From Lama glama (lineage: Eukaryota): DNA of 63,907 nt. A program made the translations under genes and the position numbers. Below are positions 51,930 to 63,907 of this stretch, piece by piece. The stretch's first letter is position 1; each line of letters begins with the position of its first letter. The notes beneath the pieces were generated by a model. That model was not told where the DNA came from and made no database searches. It saw only the letters and a program-made list of their open reading frames with translations. The stretch spans positions 94,180,094-94,244,000 of the forward strand of contig CM052816.1 in assembly GCA_028534125.1 (NCBI GenBank). Direction: 5' to 3'.

Positions 51930-53500
51930 ACAATGTCAGAACTTAAAGTATACAGATTAGTTAGAAGGATTGTGTCAATGTCGGTTTCCTGGCCTTATTA
52001 ATTGTACTATGGTTAGATTAAGATTTTAACATTTGAGAAAGCTAGGTGAAGAGTATAAGGAAGGCTTTGTATTATTTTTGTAACTTTCTGTGAGTCTGGA
52101 ATTAAGATAAAGAAATTTGAAAACAACTAATTTTGAAAACAATGTTGGGAGAAAAATATGCATACAAATACTATGAGGCTACAATGTATTTACACTTTGA
52201 ACTAGGTAAGAAGCAGCAGAGAGAACAATGAAATGGAAACAAACTCAAACACAAATGGAAATTGAGACTGTGATGAAAATGCCTATTCAGATCGGTGAGA
52301 AAAATGATTATTTCATGGTGTTTAGAAGATGCACTTGCTACTTATTAAGGGAAAAAAGGATTAATTACCACAGGATTTAAACTTATAAAAATAACTGTAA
52401 TTATAAGAAGTATTTATAAGCATGAGATGGAGAAGGCCTTTCTGAGCAGGACAGAAATTAAAAACAGAAAATGTGGAAAATAAATAAGTCTAATGATAGA
52501 CTATTAGGGAAAAAAAGAAGAATAGCCCAATAAAATATAAATATAAGGCCAGAGGCTATAAGTAGGACTATCACAGAACTACATGGCAAATAAGTTCATG
52601 AAATAGTGTCTCAATTCACTCATAATTAAGGGCAAATTAAAATAATGCTAGTTTTAGGAATGAAATTGGCCAGATTTTAAAAAGGTGTTAAGTTGGCACT
52701 CCATACCCTCAGGTTTCATATTCACGAATTCAACCAACTATAGATCAGAAGAATTCAAAAAGAAGACATTCCAGAAAGTTCCAAAAAAGCAAAACTTGAA
52801 CTTGATGCACTCTGGCAACTGCTTACAGAGCATTTACATTGTCCTAGGTACTATAAGTAGTTTAGAGATGATTTAAAGTATATGAGAGGATGTGTGCAGG
52901 TTATATACAAATTTTATCCATTTTATATGAGACTTGAACTTCAAAGATTTTGGTAACAGAGCGGATCCTGGAACCAACACCTCATGGCTACTGAGGGACG
53001 ATTGTGTAAATCACAGAGTGAATGAGGTGCTGGGAACAGGCAATCCCTTGCGTGACTGATAGGTTTTTCAACAGAAATGACCATTTGGGAGATTTGTTTA
53101 ATGGTATTTGGCTGCATTTTTAAGGCATGCACTCGGTCTTTCAACAATTTCCTTGCTAGGAATTTACAATATTTTCTACTGTCAGCAGTGCTCTTTGGAT
53201 TTATTACCTGAGAGCAGAAATTCCATGAGCAAAAGGATTATCTGTCTATTCTCTGTTGAGATTCTAGAAGAATCTGGCACATATTCAGCATTCAGTGTTT
53301 TTATGGAATCAATTTATCAATGAACAAAGCAATTAATCATTTTTTGAATAGCAGTGTTCGTGTAGCAAAAGTTAAAAACAAATGTCCATTAAATAATCTG
53401 TGGTACCTTATATAGTAGAACGCAGAAGTTTCGTTTTGTTTTACTATTTTAATGAAAAAGATCTGTACATCTGATCTCCTAGACCTACAAGGCAAATGTA
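51930..53500 (+). mobile_element. Old L1 (L1MC/L1ME-like) fragments with nested MER2B and L2
   Basis: ttgtgtcaatgtcggtttcctgg...gtaactttctgtgagtctggaatt, and aagcatgagatggagaaggccttt. Very degenerate. Confidence 0.5.
52690..53004 (-). mobile_element. TcMar-Tigger MITE, MER2/MER2B-like
   Basis: gaattcaaccaactatagatc...tagagatgatttaaagtatatgagaggatgtgtgcaggttatatacaaa...tcctggaaccaa...ctgagggacgattg (TIR). Confidence 0.8.
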
Positions 53501-55679
53501 GAGCAGTCTATTAACCATTTATTGAAAAAGCTTAACTCAGTAGTGTGCCTCAATAGCATTTTTTGTTTTCTTTATATTGTCCCTTCAACCTATAATGGGG
53601 GCTATTTCATCCTCAATATTTGAATAAAAACTTGAACAGGTCTTCGTAACTTTCCTGGCCACTCACAGTTAATAAAAAGGCTTCAGGTTATGTTCAGACC
53701 AGTGGCACTGTTGTTTCTGATTTAAAATCCCCAGACCAAAGTCATACTGAGCTGATTCCACACCCTTCACCCATTTGCAACTCCCTCTCTCTCCCAGCCT
53801 CGGGAGTCTGCAGCGGGGAGTGCCTGGAGGGGCCAGGGCGGCCAGCCTTCCTCTGTCCAAGCCCTGCTCATGTCCTTTCCTGGTCACTTCCCTAAAGTGT
53901 CTGTGACTACCTTGTGGGGACGATGGAGGGAGGGAGTGAGGAGAGGTGAGAGTCAGACGCAGGTGCAAGCCAGGCTGTACCCCACGAACGTAGCAGATGC
54001 CACTACTGATTTCCTTCTCCCTTGCCTTTTTGGAGGCCCACCTGTGCTCGGACTGGATGTGGTCCAGGACCAGCTCTTCCTCAGAAGCATCCATGGCGGC
54101 CGCTCCACCAGTCAGTGGTCCAGTCCTGGGAAAATGTGCCTCCCACTCCCAGCCCCCACCCTGAAACATCTCCTTCCATTCCCCACCTCCACCCACTGCA
54201 TGTCCAGAAGACCCAACTGCTCGATTCTATTTGTCAAAGAAAAAAAGACTAAAGCACATCTCATAGAATTGAATCTTCATATCTACAGTAAAATGCAAGA
54301 ATGAAGTTTATTTGGGGACATTTTAAATGATCTGACATTAAAAGTGACGGAAGACTTGATGTGCGCTGCTGAAATACAGGGAGTCTCGTTCAGATAAATT
54401 TCTTTTAAACTATTCTTTTATTCTTCCAGACTCAGTCACGTTAAAACAATTATTAAATATAACATATTTAGCCACTGCTGGCAGTTGTAATCCAGGCATT
54501 CGGGGTAATAATCCATATAATAATAATTTTAAAAAACTGAATAAATGCTCTACTTTTAACTGTCAATTTACATTAATTCTAAAGTACAGATTTTGCTTTT
54601 TAAGCTAATAATAAGTACCATGCTCTATATAATTTTAGATTTCTATATATGGTATTTTTGATGAGGATTTTATAAAAATAAACACACCCACATTTTAGAA
54701 TGCCAAACACTGAAATCTGGCATCATATCTAGAGGATACAGTTACAGAAGGAACTGTAGGATGGTATATGTTTTTAAAAACCTGTTTTCAGCAGCACTAC
54801 AATAACAAACAAATGAAAAAAATAAAAAACTGTGTCTGAAACTCTTTCTTCTTGTGTACAGTCCCAGCCTGGACATCAATTCTCTGCTCGATTGTGTGGG
54901 CTCACCTGGTTACAGTACATAGTATTAAGTAGAGATTTTTAGCTACATTTAAAATTGTTTCATTTATAGAATATTCTTAGTGACTAAGGGATACAGATTC
55001 AATTAATTATTAAGGGGACTGACTGAATTTAACAGTATAAAAATGCACATACTTAAGGTAATATACACACTTAAGGTAAAATATTTAGCTAGAGTCAAAA
55101 TAGAAAGCCACATAAAGTTAAGCAATTTACAGATACTTCAAAAATTTACACAATTTTTCTGTAATTCCCAAAATGTATGCAGTAATCATCTTACTTTCTT
55201 CTACAGTTAACATTTTCAAAGATTTATTTGGTAGCTAAAATATAATGAAAAATGGGGTAGGCATAAAATCAACACTCCTGATTTTAAGAAACAATATTAC
55301 TACATGAAAACAGGGAAGCCCTTTCAAAGTATTTTCCTCATAGTACATTGACATTAATTTAAAATGAACTTTAATTGCAAGAAGCTCTAGGGTTCCTACA
55401 GATGAAACCCCACTGAATCTACGATCACACACACAAAATTATAAAAGCAAAATAAAATAAGCTGTTAAGGAAAATCAGGAGAAACAATAAAGAATAGAAT
55501 CAGACATCCCTCCACCAACACTATAGATGATGAAATTTGCAGACATTCAAGGTCAAGTAAATATGGAAAGTATTTTTTAAATAAAAAGCAGGAATGAAAG
55601 AAGGTAAAAAGAAAAGCATCTTATTGGATTTGTGAAAAATTGAGCAAATATTTGCTATGGTGTTTAACTAATTCTAGCA

Positions 55680-56400
55680 TCAACTAGAAAGTCCAAATTC
55701 CAAAACTGCATCTCAACAGCATCTAAATGAGGTAGGGGTGGGACTTGAGGTAGGATACACCCTGAGGAAAAATTTCTCTCCGGCAAGTCATGTGCTCCCA
55801 ATGTGTATTAATGGGTCAGACATCGGACAGATAATCCCATTCCAAAAGGCAGATGTATGAAAGGTAGAGGGTGATGGGTTCCAAGCAAGTTCAAAACCTA
55901 GCAAGGCAAATTCTGTTAGAACTTAATGTTCAAGGATAAGCCTCTTCGGTTCAATGCCCTGTCCTCCAGGCCCCCTGGAGAAGCAGCATGTCTGCGACAG
56001 CTCTGCAGGACTGCCCTGTCCCTTCAGCTCACCGGGGTGTAACTCCTGGGTCTTTCTGTGGTGACCTTGCTCCTGATGCAGCACTAGGCAAGGAGGGCCT
56101 CACGCAAGTCCCAGAACCAGAGGAGCAGCTCCACCCTTTGAAATCAACCAAGAGCCAGACCTGCCCTGGGCCTGCGCTAGGAATGGCAGACCTGATGGTC
56201 TGGGAATCACCTTAGCATCTTTCTTCCCTTTTCTTGAGGAGCAGAGATCATAGCCCAACGGATCAATGGCCGCATCTTGTAGAATCCGAGATGTCCAACA
56301 AACAATCTTCCTTCATTTTGTTCCACTTCCTCTGTCCCTTAAATTTCCAACTGGCAGTGCCTCTGCATGTATAACCACATCTCTATTCTTGGCTTCTGCT
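55680..56400 (-). mobile_element. MaLR internal (MLT1-int-like) fragment
   Basis: gacttgaggtaggatacaccctgagg, cagataatcccattccaaaagg and caagcaagttcaaaacctagcaaggcaaatt match recalled MLT1-int reverse motifs. Confidence 0.65.
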
Positions 56401-56469
56401 GAGAATAACATAAAAGTAGAGTGGTAAAAGCTATTCTATGTTTGCTTCAACAAGTAATTATTTCTCAAA

Positions 56470-57980
56470 TTTTGAAAGTACCCATTATCACAACTCAATT
56501 CAGCTCTGTTTTTAAGTTCTTAGAAGTGTAAATTAAAAGGTAAAAGAAATGAAATTAAAGTTAGAAAAATAAAACTAAAGCAACATAAACTGACTCGACA
56601 TCAATTTAAAGAAAAACTAAAGCAATGAATTACCATTATTTGCACATGTTTGACAATAAGACTGTCTCCACAGAAAATAAAATCATTTCCCAAAATAATT
56701 AAAATCAACAAGATAATTGAGCAAGGTTGTTGGTTATAAGACAAATATGCTAAAAGTAGTGGCAGATCCATAACCTGGAATAAAAATTAGAAAAGCATAA
56801 AAATAATATAATTGTTTAGAAGAAATGCAAAACCAAGTTGTTAGAACACCACTTACAACAGCAATGAAAAAATATCCGGAAATAAACATAACAAAAGATT
56901 TACATGAATTTCACAGAGACAAGTCACATATTTTTAAAGCACTAAGTAAACTGAAAGATCTCTGTGTACACAGATTGGAACATTAGCATTTGTTAAGATG
57001 TCAGTCAAGAAAAAATTGATTCATAATTATAGCCAAATTTCTGATAAACTTAATAGATACAGATAATATTTTTAGTTAGGAAATGATGTTTTTTTAAAGA
57101 AGACACAGGCAAAACATGAACAATACCAATAAAATTAAAGCAGCTTTGGCTTAAAAAAATAATTTTTTTACTGTGAAAAAGGAGCTTCTTGAAAAATGTG
57201 GAAAAGTTACTTTCAGATAAGATATTTATGTTTGCTTCAACAAATAATTATTTCTGAAAAGAATAAAGAACTCCAAAACAAAAAATGAAACAGTAGAGAC
57301 ATTCCAGTAGAAGAACCAATAGACAAAATATATAATTGGGTAATTTGCAGAAGAGGCAATCCAGATGGCCAATAAACATTTGAAAAATCATTGTTCCACC
57401 TCTTAGTAACCAAAAACAAGCAAATTAAATCTGGAGAGCGTTACAAATTAATGCTTTGTATCTTCTGTTGGAAGGGGTAATTGTACATGATCTTTGAGGA
57501 CCATTTGATAATAGTAGAAATTTGGGGGAAAAAAATACATGATAACTCTGAAATTCCAGACATTGTTATGTCCTAAAGAATCTCTCAGCCAGGTAAACAA
57601 GTGACATGTATCTAATTGCTCATAACAGCACCGGTTGTCTTAGGAAAATATCCGAAACAATGTTAAAGCTCATCAGCAGGGAAATAGGTAGCAAATTGTG
57701 GTGTAGCCTTGCAAAATAATAGCACACACTGAAAATTAATACTTACAGCTATATGCACTCACACAAATGTAATTTGGGAGGAAGAAAAGGGAGAACACAG
57801 AAAAAAAAACTTTCTCTAAAGTTTAAAATGGGCAAAAAAACAAACATTTGGTATACATGTAGAATAAATACCAAATACAGGAACTGGTTCTCTGTAGGCG
57901 AGAAGGGCTTTGACGGTGCTTTAGTGTTTAGTTCTCAAGTTGAGCCTGAATTATTTCAAACTCTAAGTCAACATAAGTAA
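56470..57980 (+). mobile_element. Ancient L1ME-like ORF2/3' fragments
   Basis: gagcaaggttgttggttataagacaaatat, cagattggaacattagcatttgttaagatgtcag and ccagatggccaataaacatttgaaaa. Confidence 0.6.
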
Positions 57981-59532
57981 ATATGATACAATCTATATAA
58001 AATTACAGTTGAACAGACTTCCCCCTTCCTCCCAAATGTTTAGAATATATGCAAGAATTACAATTATTTGAAATAGATAACCCTGAATTGTCTCTTTATC
58101 TTCAAATACAAAAGTGTTTCAGCAGTCATCATAAATTTATCATCACTATTGTTTTCTTCTAATAAAAAGAAATGATCTCCTGTCCTTTTCCCATGAATAT
58201 TCAGATATTAAAATAGTACAACGGGTTCACTGTGCTTTAGTATCAAACTTTACTAAATTTAAGCTCTATTCCAGCTACTTGGAAAATAAATAAAAGATAC
58301 TGTAATTTCAACAATTGTCAATTAAGAAGTTATGCATTCCTGGAAACAAATAAGTGATTATAAATTAGTGCCACTTTTGTGTGCAAAATGATATAAGTGG
58401 GTATAATTTTTATTAAATTGATATTAACATCTATAAAGTGTATAAATATTGATTACTTACACATTGGCTAAATTTGAAGTTTAAAGTGAATTATAAAAGA
58501 AAAATCTGAAAGATATTATTGAAATGATGTAATATTCAGCTGAAAGTGCATTTGTGGTTTTTCAGTCAAACGTGGTAAATATGAGATTGTGTCTGTGAAA
58601 TCAATAAAATACGAATAAAAATGTGAGACATATCCCTAATTAGTAATTTGGTAATATATTTCATCAGATAATGTGCAAATTAGTAAATCATTGACTTCAT
58701 TTATAAATATGTATGTGACATTTTCTTAGATTGATAGAGAAAGAGAGAGATGAGAATCAATTTACAGTATAGATTATAAACTGTTATGGATTTACTATTA
58801 TAGTCTATTGTATTACATTTTATTCTCAACTTCAAACAACTGTGAAAATACCAAAGTATTTTGGCAATATATGTTCAGTTTTATCTTTTATAATAAAATA
58901 TTTGTTGTTCTAAATTTATTCTTGTGATATTTACAATCCCCTATTTTAAGACATTTTATTAATTCAAAATTTTGAATTGTCTTTAAATCATGGAGCACAT
59001 AATATTCAACAGAATATTCCCTCATCACTGAATATTTAGTAAGCACGTTACTTAATTTTTGTATGTGGAAAAAATCTTGTGCAAATGACTCTGTAGACTG
59101 TTCATTTTTAGACCCATTTATCTCCATCATCGTGACCTCTTCATAAAATGTTGGAAACGCCTCTCTGAAACAAAGGAAAGCAACAAAGAGCTTGCTGAGT
59201 AGAGAAGGAGAGACTAGAGGTAACTAGGAAACACTGTTAATTTTTAATTTTGAAGTCTTCCCAGCACCCAATCATAATAAGGTGAGTATATGAATAAACC
59301 ACGCTAGGCTCTTAGTCTCTTAATTTCGATGTCACTTAAAACTATGGAACTAAGCCCTTGGACAGGTATTCTCTGCAGTAGCTCACAGACTCTAACCAGG
59401 AATTGGGGACGTGGATGTGAATGAGAAACAGGCGAATATTGCACTTAAAAATTTTTTTTGATGTCGCCAGGTGGAAAGGGAAACTGGGTTCTTGTGGCTG
59501 ATACGTTGGGTTAGCTTAAGACGGCTCCATTG

Positions 59533-59533
<1 letters not shown>

Positions 59534-59565
<32 letters not shown>
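59534..59565 (+). repeat. (CA)16 microsatellite
   Basis: Perfect dinucleotide run. Confidence 0.97.
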
Positions 59566-59568
<3 letters not shown>

Positions 59569-62284
59569 GGAGGATTAACATATTCCACAGTGAGCCAAGA
59601 AGACCTCTCCTTTTTCTGGACTACAATGATATACTTGGAAGTGATGTGTTGATGAAAGTTAACTGTAGAGAATGAAAAGTGTCATATTATTGGGACAACT
59701 TCTTCTTTCCCTAAGAAAGTGGGGGTGGGGGCATATTAATATTAGCTGAGCTTATATGCAGCACAAAGGGGCTGAACAGCATGGAAATAAATCTTACAAT
59801 GATAAATATGAAGCTGTATAATGAAAATCTAACAGAAATGACTATTATTTATTAAGTTGGATATTATTTTCCATTATTTTTTCATGAAGTAGAAATTTTA
59901 GGAAGTATAAAGAGATTAAGAAATTTTGTATCATTCCTTTTTTCTGTTTTATTACAGTATAGTTGATTTACAATGTTGTGTTATATTATCTTTATTAGCA
60001 CAGATTCAGTGGGGAAAAACAAATAAGCCATGTGAAAAAATTAGGCAAATCTAATTGCTGTATTTATATTAACTACTCTATTTGTATTTCTCTGTGTAAC
60101 TTCTTCGCAATTACCCACGAAACATTTGAAATCAATTCCATTCCAATATTGAAAATAAGAGCAGTATTCTCAGGGTAACAAATTAGATAATATAGGTGTA
60201 AAATGTATTTAATGTATAGATTTAAAAATGAAATGTGTTACTTAATTGACAGGTGGCATGGCTCAAAGACTCTGCAAACTGTCTTTTTCACTAACAGGCA
60301 ACCCCCTACCCCCCGCACTAATTTCACTTGCCCTTCAGGCTCGAACTCCTAAATTTTCTGGACCAGACTGATCATGCTGATATCTCTTATGATGTTGGGT
60401 TTAATTCCAGCGTATAATTGGAGTGTCCACAATTCTGTCCTGCTTCTTTTTAAATTTTTTTTCTTTGTATTGCTTTTCCTTTTTCTTTCTTTTTTGTTTA
60501 AAACAAAACTCAAGAACTAAAGATTTGCCCAGGGTGTGACGGTTGGCAGATTGGCTACTGCTCTGTGGGACTTCACAATCTTTTCTCTGAAGAACTACTG
60601 TCTCCAAATTGAATTTCTCATTTAATGAGCAAAATCTCACCAGTTCTAAGCAGTTAGGCTTTAAAGACAATTTGCAAGGAAAATGTACCCAAAGAGGCTT
60701 TAACTGTTGGACTAAAAGCACAGGTTCAGAGGAGGCCACTTTAAAAAGGACAATACTTTGGATAAGTAATGTCACTTCAGATCAACAAATATTTTTGGAG
60801 TGCTTCCTGTTGAAAGCAAGAAAGAAATTCTCCACTTCTGCTGAGCATAACTTTTTAAATACATTATTTTAGAGTTTTCATTGATTTTTAAATTTAATAA
60901 TTTGCTTAAATCTTTGTTTGTATTTCATTGAAACCAAGGTTTATTTGTAAAATGGTACTTTGTTACAGGAAGAACTCAGGCATCCATACAGAACTGCCAT
61001 ATTGTTAGGTCAGAAGTCAACTTGAACTAAAATAGTTTATTGAAGAATTAAAATATCTAAAGTAAAGTCCATCCCAAGATTGACGCCCATATTCATTTTC
61101 TTCCCCTTCTGGATGATTGAAATATTCAGAGCACCGGCTTCAGCTACAGGAAGTTTTGGAGGAGATGAAGGACAGATAACACCCCTTGAGGCACGTTCAC
61201 TACCAGGACTTGCTGAGGTCTGCAACCATTTATCTAGGGGAAGTCTCCCAAGAAAATGGTTCCTCAGCCTCTGTTTCTGCTCCCTTGCAACATTCCTCAT
61301 TCAAATTAACTAAAGAGAAACGGATACCCTATTTGACTGGCTAATCATAAACAGTATGGAACAATAGAAACGGACACAAAAGAACTCTAAAGAAAAAATA
61401 ATATATGTGCATTTTTAGACCACTGACGTCCCCAGTTTTCAACAGTTCATTCAACATTTTAATAAAAATCCAGGAACTCTTTCATTGGAACGGGGATTTT
61501 CACAGGTTTACATACTTGTAATTCTACCAAATACAAAATTAATGAATGCAGACTAAAATACAATGTAAAATAGAAAACAAAGATTGGGTATAGATACATT
61601 TATTCACTCACATGAATATTAACACAGCTCTTGACACTGAGGGATCATGAAAATTTTATGAGGTAAGGCAGGATATTTTGAAATTGTTTCAGACCAATTT
61701 TGAATGTCTTTGAAAAGAATAGTCATTTATAGTGAGAGTGATTTTCTTGTTGTTTCTAGAGGAGAACAAATTCACTCTATCATTATTACATCCAAATTTT
61801 TTGAACAAAGAGGTCTCTCAAAAAATGAGGTCTCAAAAAAAAAAGCTTTCAAAAAAGTGTTCATGGTGGTGAATGTTCAAGAAAGAGTTCTGATGATTGA
61901 CTTTTATGTTTACATAAATTACTTTTTAAGACTCTTTGATTATCTTCCTCTGGTGGAGGAATAAATGATGCTAAATAACATATTTGATGCTAATTTGAAC
62001 CAGAGTTCATTAGTCTCAAATGCCCTCGCTCAAAAGTTTACAAATGATATAATGGCATTACTAATTATTTTTATGTTCAGTCTTCTTAATGTTGTGAATA
62101 TTATTTTTGAAGCCATGGAAACAAATAATTTCTTCTTAAATGATTTATTTTTTCCTCCAAAGAAAACCTGAAATAATAGTGAGAACAAAATGTCATCAAA
62201 GATTCATACTTTACAAACAATTTTAGTCAGTTTCTATTTACTTTATTGGTTTTATCATCCTCTGATATTTTTAGTTTCTTAAAA

Positions 62285-62320
62285 CTTAAAAAAGGAAATA
62301 ATTCTTAAAAAAGGAAATAA
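62285..62320 (+). repeat. 17-bp local duplication (period 19)
   Basis: CTTAAAAAAGGAAATAA at 62285-62301 and 62304-62320. Confidence 0.9.
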
Positions 62321-63278
62321 ATGAAAATATTCTTTTGAGATAAGATGATACTTATGCTATATTCTATTCTGTTTGTTACATGTGACATTTTTATGACAGT
62401 GAAAAGAAAATATTCTAAGATATTTTTATGAACCATAAATCTTAAAATTCAGAACATTCAAATCTCAGAAATCTCAAAATGGTAACACACACCCCTGCTC
62501 CCCATTGTGTAATGCAATCCAGTGGAGTTGGCCATGCTGTGCAAACATCGAAACGACATGGAACTCATTCAAAGGGAAGCATGCAGGTTTCTAGAATATT
62601 CATTCAAAACAGTTACAATGAGGTGAAAGATATATTAAAAGGTGGTGGAGTATTATATACATAGGTGATTTCGAAGAAAATAAATCTTGTGAAGTTTTTC
62701 AGTCTTCAATCTCCAAGAATCTTGTGAGGAATTTTTCATGAATCTTCATATGAGGAATATGAAGAAAAATCTTTATTAGCCTGTCAAAAAATGGTGATTT
62801 GTCTCAGTGATCTAATTATTTTATGGACCATTCATTAATCTTCTCATGTCTGTGCAGAATTATGTTCAAATAGCTCTGGAAATTTTCAAAAATAAAATAT
62901 TCAATCCATAACGTTATTTACAAAGACATGAACAATTCTGATTGTAAAACACAAAATTCTATTCCTTGGTTCCACTAAATGGTACAATAAAGCTAAGGAC
63001 AGGTATTATTTTCTTAATGACAGTATTTTTGCGTAACAACAGTATAGAAATAAATACATATAGGATTCTCATAAATGAGCTGAGAGATTATAAAATAAAG
63101 AGAAAGACAAGCTCTAGGGAGAGAAGCTGGCTCACATTTTTTAAATCATGGAGTATGTTATGGTTTGATGATATTACAGAACTTAACAAATTAGCATCTC
63201 TAGAATACTATAGTAAAAAGTTATCAAGCAGAATACCTATAAATCATGCTAAAATGAGAACTACAATTTTACTTGGGT

Positions 63279-63691
63279 TGTGAAGGAAAAGCTGGGCTGG
63301 GCTAACAAGATAAATCACAAATCTAAGTATTGGAATACTGATCTGAGTTCTGCTAGACTAACTTGTAAATCTAAGTTAACTAGTGTTGGTTTGCTGTTCA
63401 TGTTTTTTGCTAGCCAGCTGGATTTTCAAAGATACATATCTGGCTTTGGAATGTTGGTTTGCTGCCTCCCTGCCTCCACTTTTGTGATGATGATGCTGCT
63501 AAAGCTGTTCCATGCCTATTGGCCGAATACCCCAAGCTTGTACTTCACCCTATAAAACCTCATGTGCACATCTTGAAGGTGCTCAGAGCTTCGGAGCAGA
63601 AGCCCCTCTGAGCCCGCTGGCGTAATACATCTGAGTACTCCAACCCTCCGAGTGGTGCCTGTTTCTTGACTGGCCTGTCATTTCCGTAACA
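63279..63691 (+). mobile_element. Solo ERV1-type LTR (413 bp)
   Basis: TGT...ACA termini, 4-bp TSD GGGT (63275-63278 and 63692-63695), TATAAAA at 63551-63557, AATACA polyA-signal variant at 63624-63629, and R/U5-like ggtgctcagagct...gaagcccctctgagccc. Confidence 0.85.
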
Positions 63692-63850
63692 GGGTTAGCT
63701 TTCCAGAACAAAGTGACATGGTGCCCCCAGGTCTTAATACATGATGCTGTATTAGATTCAGATTCAAACTCACCGTCTGTACTGGCTGATTGTTTGGGAT
63801 GGGCAATCTCTTCGTGACCCGCGGGCATCTCTGAAAGTCAAGAGTTCCTT

Positions 63851-63907
63851 TGTTACAACTCAAAAAGAGGAATCAATTTATTGACACACAGAAAGGAGTG
63901 CCTCCTT
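63851..63907 (-). mobile_element. Probable 3' end of a second LTR, running off the window
   Basis: TGTTAC start with TTTATT at 63877-63882, i.e. AATAAA...GTAACA on the minus strand. Only 57 bp visible. Confidence 0.35.

Noticed and set aside
60401..61313. Several 77-124 aa ORFs
   Set aside because: No recognisable domain, partly low complexity, and no convincing splice or promoter context.
1..63907. A novel multi-gene biological system
   Set aside because: No supported coding genes or operon-like structure. The window is explained by mammalian repeats and non-coding DNA, apart from the speculative exon chain reported above.

Overview
Mammalian nuclear DNA, AT-rich and repeat-laden, probably intergenic or deep intronic. 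I found no protein-coding gene, RNA gene, CRISPR array or prokaryote-type system that I can support. The repeats suggest a cetartiodactyl, most likely a camelid (inference): there are artiodactyl-type L1 3' ends and a Tigger2a_Art-like MITE, but I saw no ruminant Bov-A/BovB, pig PRE1 or CHR SINEs. The window holds two gaps of exactly 500 N and a layered transposon record: L1, HAL1, L2, L3/CR1, MIR, MaLR/ERVL/ERV1 LTRs, Tigger and Charlie elements. The best-supported structures are a twin-primed (5'-inverted) L1 with target-site duplication (TSD) inside an L2 (9.3-10.7 kb), a truncated L1 with a 13-bp TSD (29.7-30.2 kb), and a solo ERV1-type LTR with a 4-bp TSD (63.28-63.69 kb). More speculative items are four + strand exon-like segments that join in frame into an unrecognised 91-aa ORF, a CTCF motif, and several motif- or CpG-rich unique patches. 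Repeat subfamily names come from my recall of consensus sequences and need RepeatMasker/Dfam confirmation. Boundaries are approximate unless a TSD or terminal inverted repeat (TIR) is given.
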